Positions 40,422 to 50,915 of a stretch of DNA of 64,000 nucleotides are shown here, one piece after another. Made by a program: the position numbers and the translations under genes. Below the pieces are notes generated by a model. That model ran no database searches and had not been told where the DNA came from. It saw nothing but the letters and a program-made list of their open reading frames with translations. Each line of letters starts with the position of its first letter. Position 1 is the first letter of the stretch. Source of the stretch: a candidate division WOR-3 bacterium (lineage in GTDB: Bacteria; Hydrothermota; Tepidihabitantia; B3-TA06); the NCBI GenBank assembly GCA_965649265.1, contig CBFGKC010000005.1, forward strand, positions 96,001 to 160,000, in the 5' to 3' direction.

Positions 40422-41202
40422 CCCCCTCCCCCCTACCCTATGGGGTGCAGGCACCCCAAGGGGCACGCTGTCCACCAGGGAGGGGGAAATATTGTGGCGC
40501 AAGAGTAAGACCCTCACCCTTCCCTCTCCCAGAGGGAGAGGGTTTATCTCACCTCAATTCGGTACATTCCCTTCGGAACGGAACGGGCCAAAGGCCAATA
40601 GAAAGCTCCCTCCGTTTGCCCTTCGGAGGCTTCGGACCGCAGGGGCGATTGAGGTCGCTCACGTTCGGAAGGAACTTCCGTCCAAGCGGCTACCAGCCGC
40701 TACATTAGATTCTATGAAATCCTGCTGAACGTAGTTCAACCCATGCGACCCCTGCTCGCAACGACATCCTCACCCTCCCCACTCGGCAAGGGAGGGGGAA
40801 CATTTCACTCCCTCCCCCTGGTGGGGAGGGTAGGGTGAGGGGAAGCTTAACAGCCTCGTTTACCCTGAAAAAGCCCAAAATTCTCCCGGTTTTGCCCCTC
40901 AAATTCCCGGTTTTGTCCCACTTCTGACCGACTGCCGCAAAGACGGCAGTTCAGAAGTTTGCCTCGATCTCATTTTTCAGCAGGCAAACTTCCCTGTAAT
41001 AATCAGATTTCGTCCTGAAAATATCAGGGAAAAACCCTAAAATTGACCATTTTGTCCCACTTCTGACCATCTTTTGTCCTACTTAGTTATCCACATTTCT
41101 GACGCGCTGGATTAAACCAGCTCTCGGTTTTACCACCTTTTCTATCCAAGGAAAGAACCTCGCGGGGTCCCCAAAAAAATGATTCCAGCATTTTTTGGGG
41201 GT
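40422..41202. repeat. Composite palindromic repeat region; parts recur inverted at 54340-54672
   Basis: 40425-40485 and about 40810-40930 match reverse complements of about 54612-54672 and 54478-54598. Confidence 0.8.
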
Positions 41203-41212
41203 GAGTTTCACC

Positions 41213-41240
41213 TTGACATTGCCTATTATTAAACTATGAT
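41213..41240 (+). promoter_or_regulatory. Promoter TTGACA-N16-TATGAT
   Basis: Hexamers upstream of the E1-alpha gene. Confidence 0.6.
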
Positions 41241-41279
41241 TAAAGGGTAATTTAATAGTCCAAGACCCTGGAGGAATGC

Positions 41280-42386
41280 ATGTCCGATTCACAAGTACCC
41301 GAGCCTATTCAATTTATAGATTTCGACGGAAGGCCGGTGCGAAGTTTTGAAGACCCCCTCACAAGTGACGACTACAAAAAGATTTATTACCAGATGGCCC
41401 GTCACCGCCTGGCCGACGACAAGGCGTTTGCGCTCGTAAGACAAGGCCGCAGCTTCTTTTACGCGCAGGCGGCAGGCCACGAGGCCAGCCAGATAGGCAG
41501 CGCATACGCGCTGGGCCCGCAGGACTGGGTTTTTCCATATCACCGTAGTTCGGCACTTGCGCTCGCAAGAGGGCTTTCGCTGTTCGAGTTTTTCTCGGAT
41601 ATCTTAGGAAAGAAGACCAGCCCGAACCTGGCGCGTCAGATGCCTAACCACTTTGCAAAAAAGGACTTAAAGCTCGTGACGAGGTCGTCGACCGTGGGCA
41701 ACCAGATACCGCAGGTGGTGGGCACGGCACTCGGCGAGAAGATGAAGGGGACGGACTCGGTCTCGATTGTTTATTTCGGCGACGGCGCCACCGCCGAGGG
41801 CGATTTTCACGTGGGCATGAACTTTGCGGGTGTGTATAAAGTTCCGGCAATCTTTTTTTGCGAAAATAATCAGTACGCGATTTCCGTGCCTGTAAAACTC
41901 GAGGCGTCGGCGGAAGCGATTTCGATGGAGGCGTGCGGGTATGAGTTTTCCGGATACCGGGTCGACGGAAACGACGTAGTTGCCATATATATCGTGACGA
42001 AGCAGGTGGTCGAGAAAGCCCGCAAGGGAGGGGGGCCGAGCCTTATTGAGGCGGTGACCTACCGCTACGGCTCGCACTCGTCTGCAGACGATGCCAAACG
42101 CTACAGAACGTCCGACGAGGAAAAGGAGTGGCACAAGCGAGACCCGATCAAGCGTCTCATAGGTTACATGAAATACAAAGGTTACTGGAACGAGGAGTGG
42201 CAGAAGGACGTCGACGCGAAAGTTACGGAGGAGGTGCGCATGGCCATGGAGCAGGCGGAAAAGGAACCCGATCCTGAGCCCGAGACTATATTCTCGGATG
42301 TATTCACGGATATGCCGTGGCATCTGAAACGTCAGCAAGCGGAGCTCTTAGAGCATCTTAAGAAATACTCCAAGGCCGGGCACTAG
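41280..42386 (+). CDS. 2-oxoacid dehydrogenase E1 alpha (branched-chain/pyruvate type)
   Basis: GHEA, QMPNHF, FGDGAT..NNQYAIS and HSSADD motifs. Confidence 0.92.
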   Translation: MSDSQVPEPIQFIDFDGRPVRSFEDPLTSDDYKKIYYQMARHRLADDKAFALVRQGRSFFYAQAAGHEASQIGSAYALGPQDWVFPYHRSSALALARGLSLFEFFSDILGKKTSPNLARQMPNHFAKKDLKLVTRSSTVGNQIPQVVGTALGEKMKGTDSVSIVYFGDGATAEGDFHVGMNFAGVYKVPAIFFCENNQYAISVPVKLEASAEAISMEACGYEFSGYRVDGNDVVAIYIVTKQVVEKARKGGGPSLIEAVTYRYGSHSSADDAKRYRTSDEEKEWHKRDPIKRLIGYMKYKGYWNEEWQKDVDAKVTEEVRMAMEQAEKEPDPEPETIFSDVFTDMPWHLKRQQAELLEHLKKYSKAGH

Positions 42387-42392
42387 GAGGCT

Positions 42393-43370
42393 ATGATGGC
42401 TACAATGACTATCGTTCAGGCCGTGAAGGACGCGTTAAGGGAAGCGCTAAGGGCTGACGAAAAGGTGCTCGTCTTCGGCGAGGACGTGGGTCAGGCGGGC
42501 GGGGTGTTTCTCGCGACCGACGGTCTCCAGAAGGAGTTCGGGGACAAGAGGGTTTTTGATACGCCGCTCTCCGAGGAGGGCATCCTCGGACTTGCCGTAG
42601 GTCTCGCGATAGACGGGTTCATACCGGTTCCCGAGATCCAGTTCGTGGATTTCATCTATCCCGGGTACGACATGCTGGTCTCCGAGATCGCCAAGTACCA
42701 CTACCGTTCGGGCGGCCAGTATTCGCTGCCCATGGTCATTCGCGCGCCTTACGGAGGCGGCATCCGCGGCGGTCACTACCACTCGCAGTCGCCGGAGGCC
42801 TACTTCGCACACACTCCAGGTCTCAAGGTTGTGATACCGTCGAATCCTTATGACACAAAGGGTCTGCTCCTGGCCGCGATAGAGGACCCGGACCCAGTGC
42901 TTTTCCTCGAACCGAAGAAGATATACCGCGCGGTAAAGGGGGACGTACCCGAAGGTAGATATACGATTCCAATCGGCAAGGCGAGCATTGTCAAGGAGGG
43001 CAAGGACGTAACCGTGGTCGCATACGGAAACATGCTCCACGCGGCGACAAGCGCGGCCGATATGGCGCAAAAGGAAGGAATCTCCCTCGAGATCATCGAC
43101 CTGAGAACGATTCTTCCATACGACGGCGAGGCGATACTGGCTTCGGTCCGCAAGACCGGCCGCTTCGTGCCCGTTGTTGAAGCGCCTTCCATTGCGTCGA
43201 TGGCATCCGAGTTCTCCGCTTTCGTCGCCGAGAACGCGCTCGAGTACCTTAGTGCGCCGATAGTGCGTGTGACAGGCTTCGACACCCCCTACCCTTACGC
43301 GCTCGACCACCTGTATCAGCCCGATGCCGCGAGGATTCTGGATGCCGTCAAACGAGTGATGAGTTACTAA
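42393..43370 (+). CDS. 2-oxoacid dehydrogenase E1 beta
   Basis: GEDVG..GGVF, DTPLSE and HSQSPE motifs. Confidence 0.92.
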   Translation: MMATMTIVQAVKDALREALRADEKVLVFGEDVGQAGGVFLATDGLQKEFGDKRVFDTPLSEEGILGLAVGLAIDGFIPVPEIQFVDFIYPGYDMLVSEIAKYHYRSGGQYSLPMVIRAPYGGGIRGGHYHSQSPEAYFAHTPGLKVVIPSNPYDTKGLLLAAIEDPDPVLFLEPKKIYRAVKGDVPEGRYTIPIGKASIVKEGKDVTVVAYGNMLHAATSAADMAQKEGISLEIIDLRTILPYDGEAILASVRKTGRFVPVVEAPSIASMASEFSAFVAENALEYLSAPIVRVTGFDTPYPYALDHLYQPDAARILDAVKRVMSY

Positions 43371-43377
43371 GGAGGCG

Positions 43378-44805
43378 ATGATGGCTTACGAATTCAAGAT
43401 GCCGATGGTTGCCGAAAGCGTCGTCGAGGGCGAGATTGGCCACTGGCTTGTAAAAGTAGGGGATTTTGTAAAGCGCGACCAGCCGCTCGTGGAGGTGCTT
43501 ACGGACAAGGTGAACGTCGAAATCCCCTCCCCTTACGAGGGATATCTTTTGAGGATTGACGCGCCCGAAGGCAAGGTGGCCAAGGTCGGAGAGCTTCTTG
43601 CCGTGCTGGGAGAAAAAGGCGAACCCGTACCCCTGCGGGGCACTCCCATCAGCAACGCAGAATCTAAGGAAGTAACACCCGTACCCGTAACACAACCCGT
43701 AACACAACCCGTGACGCAACCTACCGCCCCCCCCTCGCCCTCCACCGTAACACCCGTAACACAGCCCTCCTCCCCGTCCCCCTCAGAGACACCAGGGGTT
43801 GAGAAATCTTCGACGCCTCCCTCTCCTCCAAAGGAAGAAGCCAGGATCGTGACTCCACCTGAAAAGGCCGACTCGCAACCCGCATCAGCCACCGATGCTG
43901 CGGTAAAAGCCATGCCGCGAGCACGCAAACTGGCAAAGGAACTCAGTGTTGACCTGTCGCTCGTTCGCGGCACCGGCAAGAACGCAACAATTACGGAAGA
44001 AGATGTACGAAAATATGGAATGTCCTCCTCAACCCTAACCGCACCCCCCTCCTCAGCCATACTTCCTAATCGAGATCAAATGTCAGAAGGTGTGTTACGG
44101 GAAAGGGTATCACGAATTCCGTTTAAAGGCGTGCGCAGGATTGTTGCCGTGAACATGAGAAAGTCCCTTGACCAGGTGGCCCAGACCCTTCACGTGGACG
44201 AAGCCGACGTAACCGACCTCGTCGCCCTGCGCGAGGCGGAGAAGCGCAAGGCCGAGGAAAAAGGCGTCAAGCTTACCTATCTGCCGTTCTTTATCAAGGC
44301 GATAACGGCCGCGCTCAAAAAGTATCCGTACGTGAACGCCTCGCTCGACTTAGAGGCGGGAGAGATAGTTCTCAAGCACTACTACAATATAGGCATAGCG
44401 ACGAACACGGACGAAGGTCTGGTTGTTCCCGTGCTCAAAGATGCGGACAAGAAGGACATATGGACGCTGGCAGCTGAGATAGCCGAGCTGGCTGAGAGGG
44501 CGAGAGCGGGCAGGCTGGCCCTGGAGGACGTGCAGGATTCGACTTTTTCGATCACCAATATCGGCTCCCTGCGCGGACAAATCTCTTTTCCGATAATCAA
44601 CCTCCCCAACGCGGCCATTGTCGGAATTCAATCGATAACCAAACGCCCGGTGGTGCGCAACGGGGAGATAGTCGTAAGGGATATGGTAAACCTTTCGCTC
44701 GCCTTCGATCACCGCGTGTTCGACGGCGCCACGGCCTCGGCGTTCACAACGGAGATTATCAGAAGAGTGGAAACCCCGGCCCTGCTCTTCTGGGACGAGG
44801 GCTAG
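43378..44805 (+). CDS. Dihydrolipoamide acyltransferase E2
   Basis: Lipoyl TDKV, E3-binding domain and DHRVFDG; PVT-repeat linker. Confidence 0.92.
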   Translation: MMAYEFKMPMVAESVVEGEIGHWLVKVGDFVKRDQPLVEVLTDKVNVEIPSPYEGYLLRIDAPEGKVAKVGELLAVLGEKGEPVPLRGTPISNAESKEVTPVPVTQPVTQPVTQPTAPPSPSTVTPVTQPSSPSPSETPGVEKSSTPPSPPKEEARIVTPPEKADSQPASATDAAVKAMPRARKLAKELSVDLSLVRGTGKNATITEEDVRKYGMSSSTLTAPPSSAILPNRDQMSEGVLRERVSRIPFKGVRRIVAVNMRKSLDQVAQTLHVDEADVTDLVALREAEKRKAEEKGVKLTYLPFFIKAITAALKKYPYVNASLDLEAGEIVLKHYYNIGIATNTDEGLVVPVLKDADKKDIWTLAAEIAELAERARAGRLALEDVQDSTFSITNIGSLRGQISFPIINLPNAAIVGIQSITKRPVVRNGEIVVRDMVNLSLAFDHRVFDGATASAFTTEIIRRVETPALLFWDEG

Positions 44806-45024
44806 CTTTCGCGATTGGGCCCGAAATATCTGGATTAATGTTGACAGACCCCAGGTTTTTTTGAAGTAATGGGCGATTTCTTGAGCTTCAACTCATTTTC
44901 CTCGTGTAATTTCGGTATTTATGGAGGAGAGTCTTTAAGCATCCAGTCGACTTTTGGGGGGACTTGACAAGAATCTTTAGGCAGATAGAATTAACGACAT
45001 CAAAAACCAATGGAGGTTTAACCA

Positions 45025-45657
45025 ATGAAGAAAACCCTTGCTATCGTTTTCGCTTTTGCGCTTGTGCTCGGTTTCGCGGGCTGCAGCATCTTTGGCGGCA
45101 GTGTTGATTACTTCCCCGTTAAAGAAGGTAAAGTCTGGACGTACGAAACTGTAAAGCACGATTCAACCTATTACATCATGGGCGACAGCTCCGTAGTGAA
45201 AGATTCAACGTGGGAGACCACCTCGACATGCATCGGAGAAACCACGCTTGACAACGGCACGAAGGTCTGGGCGTTCGAGAGCGCTACTTCAGACACGTCG
45301 TACATGGAACTCGGGAAAGACACCGTTTACTTCTATGCCGCCAAGACCGACACCGTTTCTCTATACGGCATACCCAAGGACCTCAAGGTTGGCACCACAT
45401 GGGCAATCCCGGTAAACGACACGCTTGACATTACATGGAAAGCGGAATCTACCGAAGACGTGACGGTCACCGCAGGCACCTATGCAGGCGCTCTCAAGAT
45501 ATCCGTGACCACTCCCGGCTTGGAAATGGAAAACTGGCAGTGGTGGGACAAGGACGCAGGCTCTGTTAAAGGCTATACAAAATTCGTAATGACAGTACCT
45601 GACTACATGTATATGTCTTCCGAAAACACCACCCAGCTCAAATCAGTCACAAACTAA
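45025..45657 (+). CDS. Hypothetical lipoprotein (YFPxxxGxxWxY type)
   Basis: FAGC lipobox; VTVTAGTY; promoter TTGACA-N16-TAGAAT at 44964-44991. Confidence 0.7.
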   Translation: MKKTLAIVFAFALVLGFAGCSIFGGSVDYFPVKEGKVWTYETVKHDSTYYIMGDSSVVKDSTWETTSTCIGETTLDNGTKVWAFESATSDTSYMELGKDTVYFYAAKTDTVSLYGIPKDLKVGTTWAIPVNDTLDITWKAESTEDVTVTAGTYAGALKISVTTPGLEMENWQWWDKDAGSVKGYTKFVMTVPDYMYMSSENTTQLKSVTN

Positions 45658-45675
45658 CAACGAGAGAGTTTTTTT

Positions 45676-45702
45676 AAGCGGGGCCTCGGCCCCGCTTTTT
45701 TT
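45676..45702 (+). terminator. Rho-independent terminator
   Basis: AAGCGGGGC-CTCG-GCCCCGCTT followed by a T tract. Confidence 0.8.
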
Positions 45703-45843
45703 ACAATCCGGTAAAAATCCCTTTAAATCTTCACCGGGCTTCCCTTATTCGATTGCAGGCTTTTTTAAGCGGTTGTCCTGTTGACAAAAAACGGAAGTGA
45801 TGATACTCTTTTATATACCGTGTATCCAGATTTAGGAGGAAAA

Positions 45844-46605
45844 ATGGAAAGAAGGATCGTGACATTAATCACAGCTTTTATCCTGTTGATTTGCCTGGCG
45901 GACTGCGAGGAACAATTGGATATCAGCAATCCCGGAGGACAAAAACAAATACCGCAGGGGTTTGAAGGGGCAGGTTCGGGTCCCTATCACACTTTTGCGT
46001 TGGGCAAAAAGTGGGAGTATGAGGGAATAATCCATGAAAGTATTGACTATCCTGAAGGTTTGGGTGTTGCAGACACATCCTGGACGGAGAAAACCAGAGA
46101 CATAAGCGAGGTCATAAGAGAAACCGAACTCACCGGTACGCTTCCTGTCCTGGTCTGGGAGGTGAAAACGTCACATTACTTAAACGATACGTTCAACTTT
46201 GACGATTATTACTACGTTCATGTCGACGTTGATTCAGCCTACTTTTACGATGAAATTTACGATTCGGTACCTGTTTCGGTCAGTCCTGCGAAGCTCGGGC
46301 TGGGCGACGAGTGGATACAGGTTTTTCAGCTGAGCGACACCGCAACAGATACGATCAAATACAAGGTCATTGCGGATAACGTTGAGGCCAACGGGTATTC
46401 CCCTTGTTTGAAGATAGAGGTAACCTTTCCAAACACGGAAATGTTTGCAGAATACGAGCAGTTCCAGTACTGGGCAAAGAACGAGGGAAGCGTTCTCTCT
46501 ACTATCCACCAGAAGATGATTTACGATTTGGGCGAAGAGGGACAAATGATCATTACAATAGAGGACACCATAAGACTCCTAGGAGACCTGGGCATAGTGG
46601 AGTGA
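45844..46605 (+). CDS. Hypothetical secreted or lipoprotein, distant paralog of 45025-45657
   Basis: AGGAGG RBS; shared GxxWxY, ETxL..VW and LKIxVT..QxW.K..GSV segments. Confidence 0.65.
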   Translation: MERRIVTLITAFILLICLADCEEQLDISNPGGQKQIPQGFEGAGSGPYHTFALGKKWEYEGIIHESIDYPEGLGVADTSWTEKTRDISEVIRETELTGTLPVLVWEVKTSHYLNDTFNFDDYYYVHVDVDSAYFYDEIYDSVPVSVSPAKLGLGDEWIQVFQLSDTATDTIKYKVIADNVEANGYSPCLKIEVTFPNTEMFAEYEQFQYWAKNEGSVLSTIHQKMIYDLGEEGQMIITIEDTIRLLGDLGIVE

Positions 46606-46802
46606 TTTTTGGCACGGTAAGGGATTTTTTTGAATGAGTGCATGGCAAAGGGACGACAATTACGTAATTATTATGGAGTTCTGCCAGGCGTTTGAATCTT
46701 AAGACAGGAAGTTGCCCCTCACCTTCATTCATTAGCAAGGTTTTTAGTAATAAATCTCGATCCCCCCTTTATGGGGTATTGGTTTTGAATCTCTCGGGAC
46801 CT

Positions 46803-46830
46803 TTGACAGGAAGTCATAAAGGATTATAAT
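46803..46830 (+). promoter_or_regulatory. sigma70 promoter TTGACA-N16-TATAAT
   Basis: Perfect hexamers. Confidence 0.7.
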
Positions 46831-46873
46831 GCCTGCAAGTTTTGACGATATGTGCTAAACCAAGGAGAAGTCA

Positions 46874-49090
46874 ATGCAATACAGAAGTCTTTCGCCCTTG
46901 GTGTTTTTGAGTGCGGCTATTCTGATTTTACCCTTAACAGTCCCGGCACAAGATGTAGCCCTTGCCGATTCGGAGGGCTCGCTTTCATACAACATAAGCG
47001 TGCCTTCGTTCGAGTTCAAAATACTTGAGTCGGGAAAGACAAGGATTTTAATGCCTGGAGCCGATTACGGCCTAGAGCCCGGACTGCCCAATCTTCCGAC
47101 TCTTTCGTACACTTTCGCCCTTCCGCCCGGAACAAAGGCTGACAGAATTGAGGTAAGCGGCGCAAGAGGACCTCTTGAAGGAAAGTGGGACGTTGAAACC
47201 CAGCCGCTGCCCTTGCCTTTGGCCGGTTCCTCCTGCGCGTTTCTTGAATCCATGTACAGGGATAACCAGGAGAAAGTTCTTGTCGGACAAACATGCCCGC
47301 AAGAACTAGGCAGACTTGTAACCTCTTCAAATCGCAGGGAGTACTCGCTCGCCACCATCGTGCTCTACCCTGTATCGTACGACCCTGCAGACCAGAAGCT
47401 CTCATCGGCAAGCGACTTATCGGTGACAATCCATTATTCGCCGATTGAGGCTGACGGCGCAAGGCTGGTTAAGGAGTTCATAGACGCCGGGACCCTGGAT
47501 GCCGACGTACCCCCGGAGGTGTTCAACAAGGATCAGGCAAGAACCTGGTACAGACCCGGGGATCGCCTTTCGGCCAAGCCAGGGCTTCTAATAATCACCA
47601 CGGGAGGACTACTGACTACCCTTGAGAGTTACATCGGATGGCGAGAAAGCCAGGGATACACTGTGAAGGCCATAAGCAAGGAAAAGATCCTCGGGACGAA
47701 CGTTACGGGCGTTGACCTGCAGGAGAAGATTCGCAACTGGTTGAGATTGAACGCTGCAAAATACCAGTATCTCCTCATTGTGGCTCACAACAACGACATA
47801 CCTATGCGAACATTACACGGCTACGGCAACGATCCCTCTCAGGATCCGGGATGGTACTATCCGGCGATCTCAGACGTTTACTATGGTGACATTTCGCTGG
47901 CCGACAATTATTCGTGGGATGCAGACGGCGATAGATTCTACGGCGAAGTGCTGCCTAACGGATCCGGGCCTAACGTAGATAAACCCGACCTGGCGATGGA
48001 ACTCCACGTTGGACGCATAAACACTTCAGACGCCTCAAGGGTCAAAAAGATTCTCGACAAGATTCAGGCTTTTGAGACCACCTCGGAGCAGGAATACAAA
48101 AAGAACGCCGTCGTCTCGGCGGGCATTCCCTTCTATCCCAGATCGGTTTCGGATTCCGGTCTTGACGGCGCCATATTCATGGAGTACCTGCAGGATGCAG
48201 AAATCCTTGACCGTTCCTTGACCACCACGCTTTATGAAACAGGTGGAGATTTGCCCACAAAATATGAATGCGATCTCCCGGAGACCCATGACAACCTGGT
48301 ATCAACATTGAAAAACACTAATGCAGGTGTTTTTGTCGAATACAATCACGGCTCCCCGACTACGTTCGCCCGATTCATCGTTCACGACAACAACGGCGAC
48401 GGCTATTTTCAAGACGGCGAGGAGGAATGGTTCACGTGCCTTTCTACCGGCGACGCCTGGAACCTTAACAGCGAACATCCAACGGTCGCTTTCCTTATGT
48501 CCTGCGTAAACGGCAGGCCCGAGGAGCAGCCGGTCTGTCTTGCTCAGTCGCTTTTGAATTACGGCAGCGTGGCCACCGTCGCTCACACCCGGGTTTCCTA
48601 CTCAGGCGGATGGCATACCCCTGCAAACGGCGGATTCGAATGCCTTTTTTACGAGGACATAAAGGCTTTTGCCCAGGACGGCAAAACTCTCGGCGAAGCC
48701 GTCAGCAACGCCAGGCCGGTTCTGCGTGAAAAGGAACCGGATTGGTTCTTTTTAAACGGCTACACCCACGTACTCTTCGGCGATCCCCTGCTCAAGCTCA
48801 TAGGCATTCCTGCGGCCGCGATCGGAGAGGAACCTATTGTTCAAAATAAGGCTCATCTTAAAGTCGGTGCTGATAACACGGTATGCTACGCCCTGCCCGC
48901 CGAAGGTTACGCGAGAATAGAGGTGTGGGACGTTTCAGGACGCAAGGTCTCCACTCTTCTTTCGGGCTCGGTTGCACAGGGCCCTCACCAGGTGTCCTTA
49001 AACTCAACCGGGCTTGCAACCGGAACCTACTTTGTGACCCTGCGCGCGCAAGGAATCGTCTTGACTGCGAAGGCGGTCATTACAAAATAA
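46874..49090 (+). CDS. Peptidase C25 (gingipain-like) with propeptide and C-terminal sorting domain
   Basis: PGLPNLP propeptide; SDVYY, HVGRI, NHGS, MSCVNG and LFGDP motifs; C-terminal GTYF. Confidence 0.85.
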   Translation: MQYRSLSPLVFLSAAILILPLTVPAQDVALADSEGSLSYNISVPSFEFKILESGKTRILMPGADYGLEPGLPNLPTLSYTFALPPGTKADRIEVSGARGPLEGKWDVETQPLPLPLAGSSCAFLESMYRDNQEKVLVGQTCPQELGRLVTSSNRREYSLATIVLYPVSYDPADQKLSSASDLSVTIHYSPIEADGARLVKEFIDAGTLDADVPPEVFNKDQARTWYRPGDRLSAKPGLLIITTGGLLTTLESYIGWRESQGYTVKAISKEKILGTNVTGVDLQEKIRNWLRLNAAKYQYLLIVAHNNDIPMRTLHGYGNDPSQDPGWYYPAISDVYYGDISLADNYSWDADGDRFYGEVLPNGSGPNVDKPDLAMELHVGRINTSDASRVKKILDKIQAFETTSEQEYKKNAVVSAGIPFYPRSVSDSGLDGAIFMEYLQDAEILDRSLTTTLYETGGDLPTKYECDLPETHDNLVSTLKNTNAGVFVEYNHGSPTTFARFIVHDNNGDGYFQDGEEEWFTCLSTGDAWNLNSEHPTVAFLMSCVNGRPEEQPVCLAQSLLNYGSVATVAHTRVSYSGGWHTPANGGFECLFYEDIKAFAQDGKTLGEAVSNARPVLREKEPDWFFLNGYTHVLFGDPLLKLIGIPAAAIGEEPIVQNKAHLKVGADNTVCYALPAEGYARIEVWDVSGRKVSTLLSGSVAQGPHQVSLNSTGLATGTYFVTLRAQGIVLTAKAVITK

Positions 49091-49206
49091 TTCGAATGCA
49101 GGCGGCCTCCTCAAGAAAGCTTGCCCGGCATGCCAGGACTGACTGAATCGACGAGGAGGGGGGCGGGGGGTCTTACGAGTGGATTAGAAAAGAAACGAGC
49201 GAAGGT

Positions 49207-50052
49207 ATGTCGCAGGAATTCGAGGTCTCAAACGATCTGCGGATGAATAAATACAATTCAAAAGAAGCCAGGGAGTTCGCCAGGAGGGCCCTGGTCATGA
49301 TAGAAGGCGAAGACGAAAAGGGCTTCTTTGAGGTTCTCGATAGATTGACCAAGAGCAAATCAGGGTTTTCTGTCCTGAGACTCTTCGGCACCTGTATCGG
49401 TGAGGGAGCGCTCTCTTCCCCGGATAAGTACTTTGCCTTGTTTGCAAGAATCATGCACAGGCCGAGGGAGGAAAGCTACGATCCACGCGTACACGACTCG
49501 AGTACTCGCGGCATCGAGAAAAACATATCCGCCCTCGTGTACGGGGCAAGGACTGCTATCGTCGGTTCCGCCTTCACGGAAATGCGCAAGGATCACTGGC
49601 GGCGAATAGTCTCGGAGATAGAGCGATACAACGTCGAGTTCGGCGAATGGTACGTAGTAGACTCGTGGTGCCATTACCCAATGGGATTCATAATCGCCGA
49701 ACATCCGAATGAGATGGTTGAAAAACTTACCGAGTGGTCTGAGAGCTCGAATTTCTGGTTCCGCAAAGCCTCGGCCGTATACATGCACGCGCTGTTCGTC
49801 GGCTACCCCGGACGCGACATCTCCCCCTACCTTAGAATTCTCGACGGTCTTATCCTTGACGGCAACGCCAAGGTCCGCATAGGTGTTGCCTGGGCTCTTC
49901 GTGAGATGGCCAAAAATTACCAGCCCCCACTTCTTGACTTCCTCAAGAAGTGGAGTAAGGTTGAAGGCGTGAATAAGCTCATATTTAGAGAGGCATTAAA
50001 GAAGCTGGATAGGGACGCAAGAAAGGAGGCGTTGAGATGGATAAAACTTTGA
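49207..50052 (+). CDS. DNA alkylation repair (AlkD-like HEAT repeat) protein
   Basis: WYVVD, WSESSNFWFRK and GVAWALRE motifs. Confidence 0.75.
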   Translation: MSQEFEVSNDLRMNKYNSKEAREFARRALVMIEGEDEKGFFEVLDRLTKSKSGFSVLRLFGTCIGEGALSSPDKYFALFARIMHRPREESYDPRVHDSSTRGIEKNISALVYGARTAIVGSAFTEMRKDHWRRIVSEIERYNVEFGEWYVVDSWCHYPMGFIIAEHPNEMVEKLTEWSESSNFWFRKASAVYMHALFVGYPGRDISPYLRILDGLILDGNAKVRIGVAWALREMAKNYQPPLLDFLKKWSKVEGVNKLIFREALKKLDRDARKEALRWIKL

Positions 50053-50432
50053 TGACATCGAGGCTGTGGGTAAAAGTCGTCCGGTATTTCGGAAGAGCGT
50101 TGCTTATATTGTGGGCAGGATTCTGGATATACTTCGCTTTTGCATCCGCACTCTCGGAAGTCTATGCCGATCCGGACACCAATGCGCTCGGCTGGGTGAT
50201 CGTAATCACGGGAACCCTGCTTCTTGTCGGCGGGGCGATCATCCCCTGGATATGGGAACGCCTCGGCGGTTTTGTGCTGCTTGGGATCGGGACATTCCTG
50301 TTTGTCTTCTTTCTTATCTCCGCCCGATTCCATTTCAATATCTGGATGCTTCTTCTGATTCTTCCCGCATTCGTTTCGGGAACTCTCTCCCTGGTTTGCG
50401 GGTATGTAGACCGGAAACCGAACCCTGCCTAG
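50037..50432 (+). CDS. Four-TM membrane protein
   Basis: Hydrophobic segments; WERLGG. Confidence 0.65.
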   Translation: MDKTLMTSRLWVKVVRYFGRALLILWAGFWIYFAFASALSEVYADPDTNALGWVIVITGTLLLVGGAIIPWIWERLGGFVLLGIGTFLFVFFLISARFHFNIWMLLLILPAFVSGTLSLVCGYVDRKPNPA

Positions 50433-50441
50433 AAGAATCCA

Positions 50442-50915
50442 GTGGACGTAACCTGCCGCCGGGCGACCGTTGAGGATGTCGAAGCACTTACGGAACTCCG
50501 GATTCGATTCCTTGCCGAGCATACACCTGCGCCGAAGGATACGGAATATGAGGCGCTGAGGAAGGAACTAAGGAAATACTTCACCGAAAACATTCCGAAA
50601 GAGAGCTTCATCGCATGGCTGGCCGAGTCCGGCAACAGAATAGTCGCCACGAGCGGGATGGTCATGTGGCAAATGCCTGCAAACCACTTCGTGAAGAACG
50701 GAAAACAGGGCTACATCCTCAACATGTACACGCTTCCGGAGTTCAGGGGGAGGGGGATATGCACCGCTCTTCTCGAGAAATTAATCGGTGACGCAAAAGC
50801 CCTCGGCCTGGCACGGCTGCACCTTCACGCATCCAAGATGGGCGAGCCCATATACCGCAAGCGCGGGTTTGCTGAGCCTGGGGACGTCGAGCTGATTTTG
50901 GGTCTGGAATCGTGA
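50442..50915 (+). CDS. GNAT N-acetyltransferase
   Basis: NMYTLPEFRGRG and LHAS..G..IY...GF motifs. Confidence 0.85.
   Translation: MDVTCRRATVEDVEALTELRIRFLAEHTPAPKDTEYEALRKELRKYFTENIPKESFIAWLAESGNRIVATSGMVMWQMPANHFVKNGKQGYILNMYTLPEFRGRGICTALLEKLIGDAKALGLARLHLHASKMGEPIYRKRGFAEPGDVELILGLES

Noticed and set aside
41087-41095. Perfect DnaA box TTATCCACA
   Set aside because: Single copy, with no box cluster or dnaA/dnaN context; not evidence for oriC.
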